58,288 bases of DNA from assembly GCA_045579745.1 (NCBI GenBank), contig JAZNMQ010000002.1:1-58288 (forward strand), given 5' to 3'. The translations under genes and the position numbers were made by a program. The stretch comes from Candidatus Flemingiibacterium sp. (lineage in GTDB: Bacteria; Bacillota; Clostridia; Oscillospirales; CAG-272). Of this stretch, positions 27,019-38,733 are shown one piece after another (the stretch's first letter is position 1; each line of letters starts with the position of its first letter). The notes beneath the pieces are model-generated. The model was given only the letters and a program-made list of their open reading frames with translations. It searched no databases and was not told where the DNA came from.

Positions 27019-28413
27019 TTATTTTCCAACGCAGAAGCGATGGAAGATTCCGTCAACGATCTCCTCAGATACCTTTCTGCCATCCAGCTCGCCGAGCTCT
27101 GACAAAGCCGTTTCAATATCAAAGCCATACATGTCGGTAGAAAGCCCACTCCTTAAATGAAGCATAGCATTTCTGACAGCATCAAGCGCGCGGCTAACAG
27201 AAGCGTTTTGACGAGCGTTTGTCAGAACAGCTTGACTGTTATAATCGATTTCACCCTTTATGTATAGTTCTTCAACAGTCTTTATAAGTTTATCTATACC
27301 GCTTTCACTGCCTCTGAGCGAGCAAATATTGATAATTTCGCAAAAAGCTCCCGAGCTGCGAAGCAATTCAACATCAAGCCTCTCGTTTAAATCACATTTG
27401 TTGAGAATCGCTATCTTTACACACGGCAAAGCCTTCAGCTTTTCAAGAAGCTCAAGGTCTTCATTATCAAAAGCATCCGAGCTGTCAAACACTGCCAAAA
27501 CAAGCTCTGCGCGCTCAAGCATTTCAAGCGAACGGCGCACGCCGATCTGTTCGACGATATCAGAGGTTTCGTGAATGCCTGCCGTATCGCATAGGCGAAG
27601 CAATACCCTACCGCATGATACCGTTTCTTCAATTGTATCGCGTGTGGTGCCTGCAACATCGGTCACAATGGCTCTATCCGAGCCTACAAGAAGATTAAGA
27701 AGCGAAGACTTGCCGACATTAGGCTTTCCGACAATTACCGCGCGTATGCCCTCACAGACAGCTCTTCCAACACGATAGGACGCCTTTAGCCCTGAAAGTT
27801 CACTTTCAATAAGCGAAAGCTCCGCTAAAACCTCGTCATCTGATAGCTCCGCAAGATCTTCATCCGGGAAGTCAACATTTGCATACATTCCCGTAACGAC
27901 AGTTTTAAGCCTTTCATAAAGCTCGTCCGCTTTATCGCGAACAACACCTCGTTCATGGGAAATAGCCAGAGAAAGCTGTTCCTCGCTCTGTGCATCAATA
28001 AGCATTCCAACCGCCTCTGCCTGAGAGAGCGATAGCTTTCCGTTTGTAAAAGCTCTTCGAGTAAACTCACCTGCGGTTGCCTGAACAGCCCCACATTCAA
28101 ATAAGGCCTCTAAGACCTTTTGCGTGAGCAGTATTCCGCCGTGACAGCTTATTTCAACAACATCCTCACCCGTATATGATTTGGGTGCACGAAAAACCGT
28201 GCACATACCATCATCAATTTGCACGCCGTTCTTTATAATACGACCATATACGCATTGACCGTGCTCCTGCATAGTAAGTGATTTGCCATTTGAAGCTCGA
28301 AAGCATCTGTCGGCTATCTCTACGGCTTCATCTCCCGAAATGCGAATAACGGCGATACCGCCTCGGCCGTATGCCGTTGAAATAGCGGCGATGGTATTGG
28401 TTCTATACACCAT
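27019..28413 (-). CDS. mnmE: tRNA modification GTPase MnmE (TrmE)
   Basis: TIAAIST..GRGGIAVIRISG, GKPNVGKSSLLN, GTTRD, DTAG, NKCD, FCVGK. Confidence 0.98.
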   Translation of the reverse strand: MVYRTNTIAAISTAYGRGGIAVIRISGDEAVEIADRCFRASNGKSLTMQEHGQCVYGRIIKNGVQIDDGMCTVFRAPKSYTGEDVVEISCHGGILLTQKVLEALFECGAVQATAGEFTRRAFTNGKLSLSQAEAVGMLIDAQSEEQLSLAISHERGVVRDKADELYERLKTVVTGMYANVDFPDEDLAELSDDEVLAELSLIESELSGLKASYRVGRAVCEGIRAVIVGKPNVGKSSLLNLLVGSDRAIVTDVAGTTRDTIEETVSCGRVLLRLCDTAGIHETSDIVEQIGVRRSLEMLERAELVLAVFDSSDAFDNEDLELLEKLKALPCVKIAILNKCDLNERLDVELLRSSGAFCEIINICSLRGSESGIDKLIKTVEELYIKGEIDYNSQAVLTNARQNASVSRALDAVRNAMLHLRSGLSTDMYGFDIETALSELGELDGRKVSEEIVDGIFHRFCVGK

Positions 28414-28444
28414 TGCGTATAAAAACTCCTTTGAAATTGATATT

Positions 28445-28474
28445 AAAAAGCGCGTCGGTATGCACCAACGCGCT
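28445..28474 (-). terminator. Terminator-like hairpin between jag and mnmE
   Basis: AGCGCGTTGGT-GCAT-ACCGACGCGCT followed by T-tract on the minus strand. Confidence 0.6.
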
Positions 28475-28503
28475 CAATTCTTGATTTAAATCAAGGGGTA
28501 AAT

Positions 28504-29424
28504 TCAATTTGATGAATCGTCGCTGTTTCCTAACAGGCTGTTGATGTATTCATCAAAATCCTTGAATTTTTTCGGTTGCTCGCGCTGAGGTTTTTCCTTT
28601 GAACCGTATGTGGAAATAAGGTCGGATAGTTCCTCGGCTGACATCTTCTCGCCATCATCATAAAGAGGAGCTGACGGTTTTGCATCCTTTGCGGAATTTT
28701 TGAAATCCTTGCGTTTGTCGTGTCTTGACGGTCTTGATGAACGTCTTGATTCAGACTTTTCTTTTTTTCCTGCCGGGACACTGAAGCCCTCACTTTCGAG
28801 GAAAATAACAACGCGGCGATTTGAGTCAATGCCTACCGAATTTGTGGAAACGCCCTCAATTCCCTGAACCTCGGAATGTATGATTCTTCTTTCATAAGGC
28901 GACATGGGCTCAAGCATAATGCTCTTTTTGTTCTTATTTACCTTTGAAGCCATTCTGCGTGCAAGTGCACGGAGTGTCTGCTCACGCTTAGCGCGGTAGT
29001 TTTCAACGTCAACCGTGATATGAACATAATCGCGTGACTCATCCTCTTCCCTTTTGTTAGCTGCAAGATTAGTCAGATACTGAAGCGCCTCAAGTGTATC
29101 TCCGTGATGTCCGATAAGAGCGCCTGCCTCATCTCCGATAATGTTGATAATACGGTCGTTTTTCTTAGAGTTGAGCATCTCAACCTTAGCGTTGATTTCC
29201 ATGTTGGAGAGCAAATTCTCAACAAATTCCTTTGCCACAATATCTCCGCCAATAACGCGCTCTACCTTTATTTTTGCCGGCTCAGCACCGAGCCCGAGAA
29301 AACCGGATTTTTCGCGTTCGATAACCTCATAGCTGAGCTTATCCACTTCAATTCCGAGCTTCTCTGCAGCATCCTGCAGGGCAAGCTCAACGGTTTTTCC
29401 TGTAAAAATCAGTTCTTGTTTCAC
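28504..29424 (-). CDS. jag: RNA-binding protein Jag/EloR/KhpB (Jag_N, KH, R3H)
   Basis: FTGKTVELAL, GFLGLG, LIGHHGDTLEALQYL, PMSPYERRIIH. Confidence 0.93.
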   Translation of the reverse strand: MKQELIFTGKTVELALQDAAEKLGIEVDKLSYEVIEREKSGFLGLGAEPAKIKVERVIGGDIVAKEFVENLLSNMEINAKVEMLNSKKNDRIINIIGDEAGALIGHHGDTLEALQYLTNLAANKREEDESRDYVHITVDVENYRAKREQTLRALARRMASKVNKNKKSIMLEPMSPYERRIIHSEVQGIEGVSTNSVGIDSNRRVVIFLESEGFSVPAGKKEKSESRRSSRPSRHDKRKDFKNSAKDAKPSAPLYDDGEKMSAEELSDLISTYGSKEKPQREQPKKFKDFDEYINSLLGNSDDSSN

Positions 29425-29468
29425 AGTTTTGCTGTTTCCTTTCGAAATTTAACAAACCAAGCAGCTGA

Positions 29469-30620
29469 TTATTCAGCCTTATCCTCGGTATCTTTGTCAT
29501 CATTATTTTTGTGTCTATCGTTATCATCATCCTTCAGCTTCGGAGCTTCGTCGGGAGAAACGCCTTCTTTAAGAGTAGGCTTTTGCTCAACCTTTTTTTC
29601 CTCGGATTCAGGAGTTTCATAGTCGTCTTCGTCAATACGATGAAGAGATCTTACCTTTTTCTTTTGCTGCTTTTTTGACAGCGGCTTTAAATTAGCTTCA
29701 CGCTCAGCAGCCTTGTAGTCTTCCTCGGTGAAATGAGGAATTGGAATAAGCTTTGACAAAATAATCTGCTGTATAACGCCAAGAATATTACGGTAAATCC
29801 AGTAAAGACCGATTGCAGCCGCAATTGTAAAGGTAATGTATACCGAAAGAAGCGGCATCGAGAAAAGCATAATATTCATAGAAGCATCATTTTTTGTATT
29901 CTGATTGGGATTATAGGTAAATTTACGAGTAATAAATGTGCTTCCGAGAGTTACGATAAGAGTAAGAAGCGGAATCAAAAGCAGTGCGTTGAAATTTTCG
30001 AAGCTCGGGATCATAGAGAGATCCATTGTACCGTTGAATGCGGTAAAATTAGGAAGAATTTCCTCTGAAATAACCTCTCCGTTTCCGTCCACGAAGTTTG
30101 AAAGACCAAGCTCACGCATTTTTGTGATGAGATCTATCTGACGAACTGCACGGTCTGCAGCAAAGGTCTCAAATCCTGCTGTCTGAGCAGCAGACATAAG
30201 CTCATATACCTTTGCCTGAATAGACGTTACTACCTCTGCGCTGAATCCGCAGATATATTTGAGGGGGTTTACAACAACATTATAAAGTGCAAAGAGAATG
30301 GGCATCTGGATAAGGAGAGGCAAACATCCACCCATGGGATTGTAATTCTCTCTCTGATAAAGCTCCATTATCTCATTGTTGAGCTTTTGCTGAGTTGCCT
30401 GGTCATTTCGTCCCGCATACTTTTTTCTGATTGCCATTTCCTTAGGACGAAGCATTGCCTGCCTAACAGAATTTTTCTGCTGTTTAATTGCAAAAGGCAG
30501 GAGAAGTATCTGAAGTACGACAGCGAATAAAAGCAATGCCACAGCATAGTTTTGAGTCAGCTGATAGCAGATCTTGATAATAAAGCCAAGCGGCACATTG
30601 ATTATATCCCAAATATTCAT
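29469..30620 (-). CDS. yidC: Membrane protein insertase YidC
   Basis: NPMGGCLPLLIQMPIL, GLYWI; origin-region synteny; ATG 30620 preferred to the longer ORF. Confidence 0.93.
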   Translation of the reverse strand: MNIWDIINVPLGFIIKICYQLTQNYAVALLLFAVVLQILLLPFAIKQQKNSVRQAMLRPKEMAIRKKYAGRNDQATQQKLNNEIMELYQRENYNPMGGCLPLLIQMPILFALYNVVVNPLKYICGFSAEVVTSIQAKVYELMSAAQTAGFETFAADRAVRQIDLITKMRELGLSNFVDGNGEVISEEILPNFTAFNGTMDLSMIPSFENFNALLLIPLLTLIVTLGSTFITRKFTYNPNQNTKNDASMNIMLFSMPLLSVYITFTIAAAIGLYWIYRNILGVIQQIILSKLIPIPHFTEEDYKAAEREANLKPLSKKQQKKKVRSLHRIDEDDYETPESEEKKVEQKPTLKEGVSPDEAPKLKDDDNDRHKNNDDKDTEDKAE

Positions 30621-30654
30621 ATTACTATGTAATCTCTCCTTTATATTTACACGG

Positions 30655-30888
30655 CTATTGTTTTCTACGGTTTTTCTTTTCGGGAACAGGGTCATATCCG
30701 CCCTTCCCGAACGGATTGCACCTCAGTACACGCCATACAGTCAGCGCAAAGCCGACAAAAAAGCCTCTCTTTTGAAAAGCTTCAAGTGCATATTGCGAAC
30801 AGGTCGGCTGAAATCTGCAGCAAGGTGCTTTGAGCGGCGAAATATATTTTCTGTAAAGCTTTAATAAAAAAATAGCAACATACTTCAC
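30655..30888 (-). CDS. yidD: Membrane protein insertion efficiency factor YidD
   Basis: YRKYISP...[11 protein letters not shown]...[14 protein letters not shown]. Confidence 0.96.
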   Translation of the reverse strand: MKYVAIFLLKLYRKYISPLKAPCCRFQPTCSQYALEAFQKRGFFVGFALTVWRVLRCNPFGKGGYDPVPEKKNRRKQ

Positions 30889-31262
30889 TTTACAATCATC
30901 CCGAGTCTTTCAAATGCCATAGACATATCCGATGAGACATTCCACGACTTTGCATTTACGATACCTGCTCTTGCAACCAAAACAACAAGAAAGCCCTTTT
31001 TTATATTGCAATTTTTTGATGAGCTGAGATATCCCTCACGAATTATTCTCTTAGCGCGATTTCTGACAACCGCACCGCCGAGCTTTTTTGTTACGGTAAT
31101 ACCAACGCGGTTTACCATCTGACCCGTAGGATTTGCCTTCGCCAATTTTTTAGCCGCATAATCGGGCAATAGGTAAACGACAACATATCTCCCGACGAAT
31201 TTTTTTCCACGGGAATATGCCTTTGAATAAAGATGATTTTCCCTAATGGCACGCAGCTTCAT
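30885..31262 (-). CDS. rnpA: Ribonuclease P protein component
   Basis: [21 protein letters not shown] (RNR motif). Confidence 0.95.
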   Translation of the reverse strand: MKLRAIRENHLYSKAYSRGKKFVGRYVVVYLLPDYAAKKLAKANPTGQMVNRVGITVTKKLGGAVVRNRAKRIIREGYLSSSKNCNIKKGFLVVLVARAGIVNAKSWNVSSDMSMAFERLGMIVK

Positions 31263-31466
31263 ATTACAATTATTTCCCTTTTTATAAACAAATCAAACAT
31301 TCAGTCCGATATTTTTTATATGACAATAAAAACCCCCGAAATACGGGCTCTATCCCCGACAACTTCGGCGGTTCATGATACGTATAATCATAAAATCCGG
31401 CATACTTCAATACAACCCAATATCAAATACTGGGTTGTATCTCTGTTTGCTTCTTTAAGCAGAAAC

Positions 31467-31601
31467 TTAGTATGTGAGTTTCTTTCTTCCCTTAGCGCGT
31501 CTTCTTTTAAGGACTTTTCTGCCATCAGCAGTTCTCATTCTTTTTCTGAAACCGTGCTCAACCTTTCTCTGACGCTTTTTAGGCTGGTAAGTTCTAAGCA
31601 T
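31467..31601 (-). CDS. rpmH: 50S ribosomal protein L34 (missed by the ORF track)
   Basis: Hand translation [44 protein letters not shown]; RBS AAGGAGGT. Confidence 0.98.
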   Translation of the reverse strand: MLRTYQPKKRQRKVEHGFRKRMRTADGRKVLKRRRAKGRKKLTY

Positions 31602-31707
31602 GTATTGACACCTCCTTAAACAGTACAAAGAATCTTGTATAACGGATGCCCACCAAACAAGATGTAATATTTCTAAATGAATATAAATTCACACAGTAAC
31701 AACTAAT

Positions 31708-31737
31708 ATTATACACAATTGAAATACCTTTTGTCAA
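31708..31737 (-). promoter_or_regulatory. Sigma-A promoter of the rpmH operon, overlapped by a DnaA box
   Basis: TTGACA-18nt-TATAAT on minus strand; TTATACACA at 31709-31717. Confidence 0.7.
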
Positions 31738-31855
31738 GGGCTTTTTTAAAAAAACTTCGATATTATCAAAAAAATTTAAAATAAATTTGATTTGATATTT
31801 GGTAAAATTTCTTGTAAACAATTGCATTTTATTTGCTTATTTTTTAATTAAAGAC

Positions 31856-31884
31856 TTGATATTTTTACCGTTTTGTGATATAAT
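31856..31884 (+). promoter_or_regulatory. Sigma-A promoter of dnaA
   Basis: TTGATA-17nt-TATAAT with extended -10 TG. Confidence 0.7.
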
Positions 31885-31952
31885 ATTTTTAAGATATATA
31901 TTAATATGAAATATTTTTACATTCCATTTACTGAAGACGAAAGGAAAAACTT

Positions 31953-33386
31953 ATGCAGCCTTTTAACGATATATGGAATCTTGCACTTGCTGAGCTTCTC
32001 AAGCAGTATGGAAAAACTATTTCCGATTTGTGGTTTACAAGTCTTACTCTTCACGATATAACCGATACAACCGCGGTTATTATTTGTGATATGCCATTCA
32101 AGTACAAGATTTTAAAAAAGCAATACATAAATTCCATAACAGACGCACTTGAAACGGTAATGGGATTCAAGGTGAATGTGGTCATTGTCGATAAAACCAA
32201 CGACCCCGTCGAATACTCAACCTATGTTCAGACACTCGGTGATGTTCCCGAACCGGTTAATCTTGCTGAAATTCCTCAGAATGACACAATGATCGCCGAT
32301 GCTGAAACGCAGAAAAACAATGCTGCTAATTCAACACCAAATGCGTTTCCGACACATCAAAATGAATACACATTTGAAAACTTCATTGTAGGAAGCTCGA
32401 ACAATCTGGCACATGCAGCCTCCGTGGCTGTTGCGAATGATCCAACCTGCCGCGAAAATGCTGATAATTTCACATACAATCCCTTATTTATCTACGGACC
32501 GAGCGGACTTGGAAAAACTCACCTTCTTTATGCTATCATAAATCACATTCGCATCACAAGACCTGAAATGAAGATAGTGTATGTCAAGGGTGAGGAATTT
32601 ACAAATCAGCTTGTTGACAGCATCAGTAAAAAAACACCGGAGCAATTTCGCGAAAAATACAGAAAAGCTGATATTCTTCTTATTGACGACGTTCAGTTTA
32701 TTGCAGGACGCGAAGCTACGCAGGAAGAATTTTTCCACACGTTTAACGCACTCTATGAAGACCATAAGCAGATCATTCTGACATCAGACCGTCCGCCAAG
32801 AGATATAAAAACTCTCGAGGACAGACTTAAAACAAGATTCGAATGGGGAATTACCGCAGATATTCAACCGCCGGATGCAGATCTTCGTGCGGCAATACTC
32901 AAAAAGAAGGCTGCGTCAATGAATATTCAGCTTTCAAATGAGGTTGTTAATTTCCTTGCCGAACATCTAAAGAGTAATATCCGTCAGGTTGAGGGTGCAA
33001 TAAAAAAGCTTGGTGCTCTCAGCATATTAACCGGAGCTCCAATTACCATTGAGCTTGCTAAAAATTCAATCTCAGACCTTATGACAGGAGGAGAATCTGA
33101 GGGAGTAACCGTAGAAAAAATACTTGATAAGGTTGCGAAGAAATTCGGTATTTCTGTAGAAGATATCAAGGGAACAAAACGAACCAAGGAAATCGCATAT
33201 GCCCGTCATATTTCTATTTTCCTGATCCGCAAGCTTACAGATATGTCACTTCCGAAGATAGGAAAGCTTTTGAAACGAGATCATTCAACAATTCTATCTT
33301 CGCTCAAAACAGTTGAAAGAGAGCTTGGCGGAAGTACACAGACAGATGCTGATGTAAATGAGCTTATGAAAGAGATAAAATCGTAA
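31953..33386 (+). CDS. dnaA: Chromosomal replication initiator DnaA
   Basis: YTFENFIVG, YNPLFIYGPSGLGKTHLL, LLIDDVQF, QEEFFHTFN, RDHST. Confidence 0.99.
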   Translation: MQPFNDIWNLALAELLKQYGKTISDLWFTSLTLHDITDTTAVIICDMPFKYKILKKQYINSITDALETVMGFKVNVVIVDKTNDPVEYSTYVQTLGDVPEPVNLAEIPQNDTMIADAETQKNNAANSTPNAFPTHQNEYTFENFIVGSSNNLAHAASVAVANDPTCRENADNFTYNPLFIYGPSGLGKTHLLYAIINHIRITRPEMKIVYVKGEEFTNQLVDSISKKTPEQFREKYRKADILLIDDVQFIAGREATQEEFFHTFNALYEDHKQIILTSDRPPRDIKTLEDRLKTRFEWGITADIQPPDADLRAAILKKKAASMNIQLSNEVVNFLAEHLKSNIRQVEGAIKKLGALSILTGAPITIELAKNSISDLMTGGESEGVTVEKILDKVAKKFGISVEDIKGTKRTKEIAYARHISIFLIRKLTDMSLPKIGKLLKRDHSTILSSLKTVERELGGSTQTDADVNELMKEIKS

Positions 33387-33830
33387 TTCAACATGCTCGT
33401 CTGAATTTTCAACATGTTGTTATCAGGTATGTGGAAAACTATGTTTAAACTTGTATTTTTTCTTTTATTTTCTTAGTTTTTTTACTTGTTAGAAATAATG
33501 TAAATACGGTGAATTTTACTTTTATTCTACACAAGAAATAAAATTATTATCCACAAGAAAAAATTTGCAGTTATTTTTCTAAACATGTTTTTTAACATAC
33601 TAACAGATTTTTTTCAACATTCTCAAACATAAATCGATATATCCAGTTTATCAAGAAATTTTCTCCACAGCAAATAAACTTAAATTCAACATGAAAATTT
33701 CACATTGATATTCAAATTTTTACAGAAATTATGCCTATAATTTCATTTTCAACATAAGTAACAGGCCCTAATACTACGACTATTATTATTATATATTTTT
33801 TATTTTTATTATATAAAATAACCACGTTTC
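33387..33830. other. Replication origin oriC (dnaA-dnaN intergenic region)
   Basis: TTATCCACA 33547-33555, TGTGGAAAA 33430, TTCTCCACA 33661, tandem degenerate boxes 33746-33763, GGCCC, DnaA-trio run TAATACTACGACTATTATTATTA 33769-33791, AT-rich tract. Confidence 0.92.
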
Positions 33831-33890
33831 AAACCAAGCCTAAAAAGGCAGAAAGGACGCCTTCGCTAAAGCGGAGGCTAAGGAAAAAAC

Positions 33891-35027
33891 ATGAAGGTAA
33901 AATTCAGCCGCCCTATATTACTCGACGCTGTCGGAACAGCAATGTATAGCGTTTCATCTAAAAACACGATATCCGCAGTTGAATGTATTTTAATTAACTG
34001 TGAAGAGGATAAGGTAATTATCTCATCATACGACCTTGAAAAAGGAATGAGAATCGAAATCGATGCGGAGATTGAAGAAACCGGCTCGTGCCTTATTAAC
34101 GCACAAAGCTTCTATTCGATTATAAAATTGATGCCTGCAGGTATTATTGAGCTGGCATCATCTGATACATGGAGAACTAAAATTTCAAGCGGAAACTCGG
34201 AATTTGAGCTCAACGGCTTGAACCCAAGCGATTTTCCGACCCTGCCTGATATTGAAAATGAAAACAGCTTTACTATTAAACAGGGCGATATGAAAAATAT
34301 GATAGCTCAAACGCTTTTTGCTGTAGCGCAAAACGATGCAAGACCTACCTTCAACGGTGCTTACTTCAAGATGAAGGGCAATCATATTACAACGGTTGGT
34401 TGTGATGGATTCAGACTTGCAATCAGAGAAAAAGTTTGCGAGCTTCAAAATGCAAATGAGGATCTTGACGTTTCATTTATAATTCCGGGCAGAACGCTGA
34501 ATGAGATCCTGAAGCTGTTAAACGAGCCTGAGGAAACTGTAAATATCATTTTGAACCGTAAACAGGTTCTATTCCGCTTTGAAGAAAAAAATATTACATT
34601 CTTCTCCCGTCTTATTGAAGGAGAGTATATAGATTACGATCGTATTATTCCCAAAAACAGCACAATATTTGTAGATGTTGATACGGATATTTTTGCAAGC
34701 GCGGTTGAGCGCGCGGCTCTTGTAACCGATGATTCCTCAGGAAAGAACAAATCACTTGCGCGCTGCTTCTTCCACGATAATAAGCTTGAAATAACATCCG
34801 TTTCCGTAAATGGAAAGGTACGCGATGAAATATCGACCTCTCAAACCGGCGCAGATATTGAAATCGGCTTTAACTGCCGTTATCTTACTGATGCGCTGAA
34901 GGCTTCAATGTGTGATAAGCTTCATCTTTCGCTTTCATCACCTTATATCAGTATGGTTATTGAGCCGCTTGAAAATGACGAAAAGGACCACTTCATATTC
35001 CTCGTTCTTCCGTGTAAAATGAAATGA
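33891..35027 (+). CDS. dnaN: DNA polymerase III beta sliding clamp
   Basis: DFPTLP, CDGFRLA, FFSRLIEGEYIDY, IGFNCRYL; synteny. Confidence 0.97.
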   Translation: MKVKFSRPILLDAVGTAMYSVSSKNTISAVECILINCEEDKVIISSYDLEKGMRIEIDAEIEETGSCLINAQSFYSIIKLMPAGIIELASSDTWRTKISSGNSEFELNGLNPSDFPTLPDIENENSFTIKQGDMKNMIAQTLFAVAQNDARPTFNGAYFKMKGNHITTVGCDGFRLAIREKVCELQNANEDLDVSFIIPGRTLNEILKLLNEPEETVNIILNRKQVLFRFEEKNITFFSRLIEGEYIDYDRIIPKNSTIFVDVDTDIFASAVERAALVTDDSSGKNKSLARCFFHDNKLEITSVSVNGKVRDEISTSQTGADIEIGFNCRYLTDALKASMCDKLHLSLSSPYISMVIEPLENDEKDHFIFLVLPCKMK

Positions 35028-36166
35028 TTGTTAAGCGTATAAGCTACAAAAATTTCAGAAATATTGAAGAAGCTGAAATTTCGTTTACTCCGGGTGTTAA
35101 TGTTCTGATCGGTAATAACGCCGAGGGAAAAACAAATGCACTTGAGGGAATATATCTTTTAGCTTCGGGAAAAAGCTTTCGAACTCCACATGAAAGAGAA
35201 ATGGTTAGATTCGGTTCCGATTTCTTTCATGTCGAGCTTGACCTAATTGATATAAAACGCGAGCAGAATATATCCTTTAAGGCATATTCATCCGAGTCAA
35301 ATAAGCGCAGAGAATGCCAAAAAAACGGTGTTCAGCTTGGTCGGATATCAGAGCTTATAGGCACATTCAGAGCTGTTTTGTTTTGTCCGGAGCATCTTTC
35401 AATCGTTAAAGCAGGTCCTTTGGAAAGACGCTCGTTTATGGACATAGCAATATGTCAGCTAAGACCTGTTTATTTAAAATCACTTCAAAGGTTCAATAAG
35501 ATCATTCAACAGAGAAATGCTTTGTTGAAACAGCTTTCGGAAAATTCAGGCGATAGGGCTTTGCTTGAAATATTATCTGACCAGCTGGCAAGAGAATCGG
35601 CACTGATATTTAAAACGAGAACAGAATACATTGACAGGCTCAACAGCTTTGTCAAAGGATTCTTTTTGGAGCTTACTGATGGCTTTGCTGATGGTTTTGG
35701 AGAAGAAGCAAAAGAAATTCCGGAGCTTAAATACAAAAACAGTCTTAAAATAAATGAAAAGCTTAGTGAGATGGATGCATATGACCAATATTTCAAGCTT
35801 CTGACATCAAATACAGAGCGCGAGATTGCTGTTGGAGCCACGCTGTACGGCTCACACAAGGATGATATAGAAATATATTTAAACGGCAAGGAAGCGCGTC
35901 AATTCGCCTCACAGGGGCAGCAGAGATCAATTGCACTTGCAATGAAGCTCGGCGAGGGAGAAATTTCGATGGAATATTCGGGTGAATATCCGGTATTTCT
36001 GTTTGATGATGTGCTAAGTGAGCTCGATTCTCGCAGACAGCAGTTTCTTTTGTCAAGGCTTGATTCGAGGCAGGTTATTATGACTACATGTACACCGCCT
36101 CCTGTCGATTCTGATGCCGCATTTATCAATGTGGAAAAAGGAGTATACACTAAAAAAGAGGTTTAG
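35024..36166 (+). CDS. recF: DNA replication and repair protein RecF
   Basis: NFRN, GNNAEGKTN, GKSFR, ASQGQQRS, LFDDVLSELD. Confidence 0.96.
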   Translation: MIVKRISYKNFRNIEEAEISFTPGVNVLIGNNAEGKTNALEGIYLLASGKSFRTPHEREMVRFGSDFFHVELDLIDIKREQNISFKAYSSESNKRRECQKNGVQLGRISELIGTFRAVLFCPEHLSIVKAGPLERRSFMDIAICQLRPVYLKSLQRFNKIIQQRNALLKQLSENSGDRALLEILSDQLARESALIFKTRTEYIDRLNSFVKGFFLELTDGFADGFGEEAKEIPELKYKNSLKINEKLSEMDAYDQYFKLLTSNTEREIAVGATLYGSHKDDIEIYLNGKEARQFASQGQQRSIALAMKLGEGEISMEYSGEYPVFLFDDVLSELDSRRQQFLLSRLDSRQVIMTTCTPPPVDSDAAFINVEKGVYTKKEV

Positions 36167-36167
36167 A

Positions 36168-36431
36168 ATGTACGTTCATGCCGGAAATAACAGAATAATC
36201 AGAAAAAAGGATATAATAGGTATCTTTGATATGGACACAGCGACTATGGAGGATGCTACATGCGAATATCTCCGAGCTGCTGAAAAGGATGGAAATATGG
36301 TTAATATCAAAGAAGAAATACCTAAATCCTTTATAGTTGCAAGACATAATGAGAAAAATGATACAGTTTATGTTTCTCAAATTTCAACACCGGCTCTTTT
36401 AGGAAGAATAAAAGCCGGAATAAAAGAATAA
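36168..36431 (+). CDS. remB: DUF370 / RemB (YaaB) family protein
   Basis: MYVHAG...DIIGIFD...PKSFIV...VYVSQISTxxLxxR; between recF and gyrB. Confidence 0.88.
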   Translation: MYVHAGNNRIIRKKDIIGIFDMDTATMEDATCEYLRAAEKDGNMVNIKEEIPKSFIVARHNEKNDTVYVSQISTPALLGRIKAGIKE

Positions 36432-36508
36432 ATAAGTTCAATCATGGACGGTCAAAGCTGACTGTCAAAGAAAGGAAGCCGCCGAGCTTCGGAGGCAAGG
36501 TTGTTTAA

Positions 36509-38473
<1,965 letters not shown>

Positions 38474-38478
38474 GAAGT

Positions 38479-38704
38479 TTTTACACATATGATTTAACAC
38501 ACTAAAGTTATCAACAACTTGTAAAGAAGTATGTGGAAAACTTGTTGAGCGAATTGTTAAAAATAGAATCTGATTTATAAAAATAGCACCTAATAAGCTA
38601 AAAAAATAATGTTGAAAACGTGGAAAACATATTAACAACGGTTTTTCAATTCATGTGGAAAACTTGTTGAAAACATGATTTTCACAAAAATAACAGGTGG
38701 AGAA
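38479..38704. promoter_or_regulatory. DnaA-box cluster between gyrB and gyrA
   Basis: TTATCAACA 38508, TGTGGAAAA 38532 and 38654, TGTTGAAAA 38610 and 38665, CGTGGAAAA 38619, TTTTACACA 38479. Confidence 0.75.
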
Positions 38705-38733
38705 TATTTTCCGCCATAACAAAGAGGACAATA

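Noticed and set aside
35676-35699. 12-nt tandem duplication in recF (DGFADGFG)
   Set aside because: In-frame, two imperfect copies in a variable loop; no sign of phase variation
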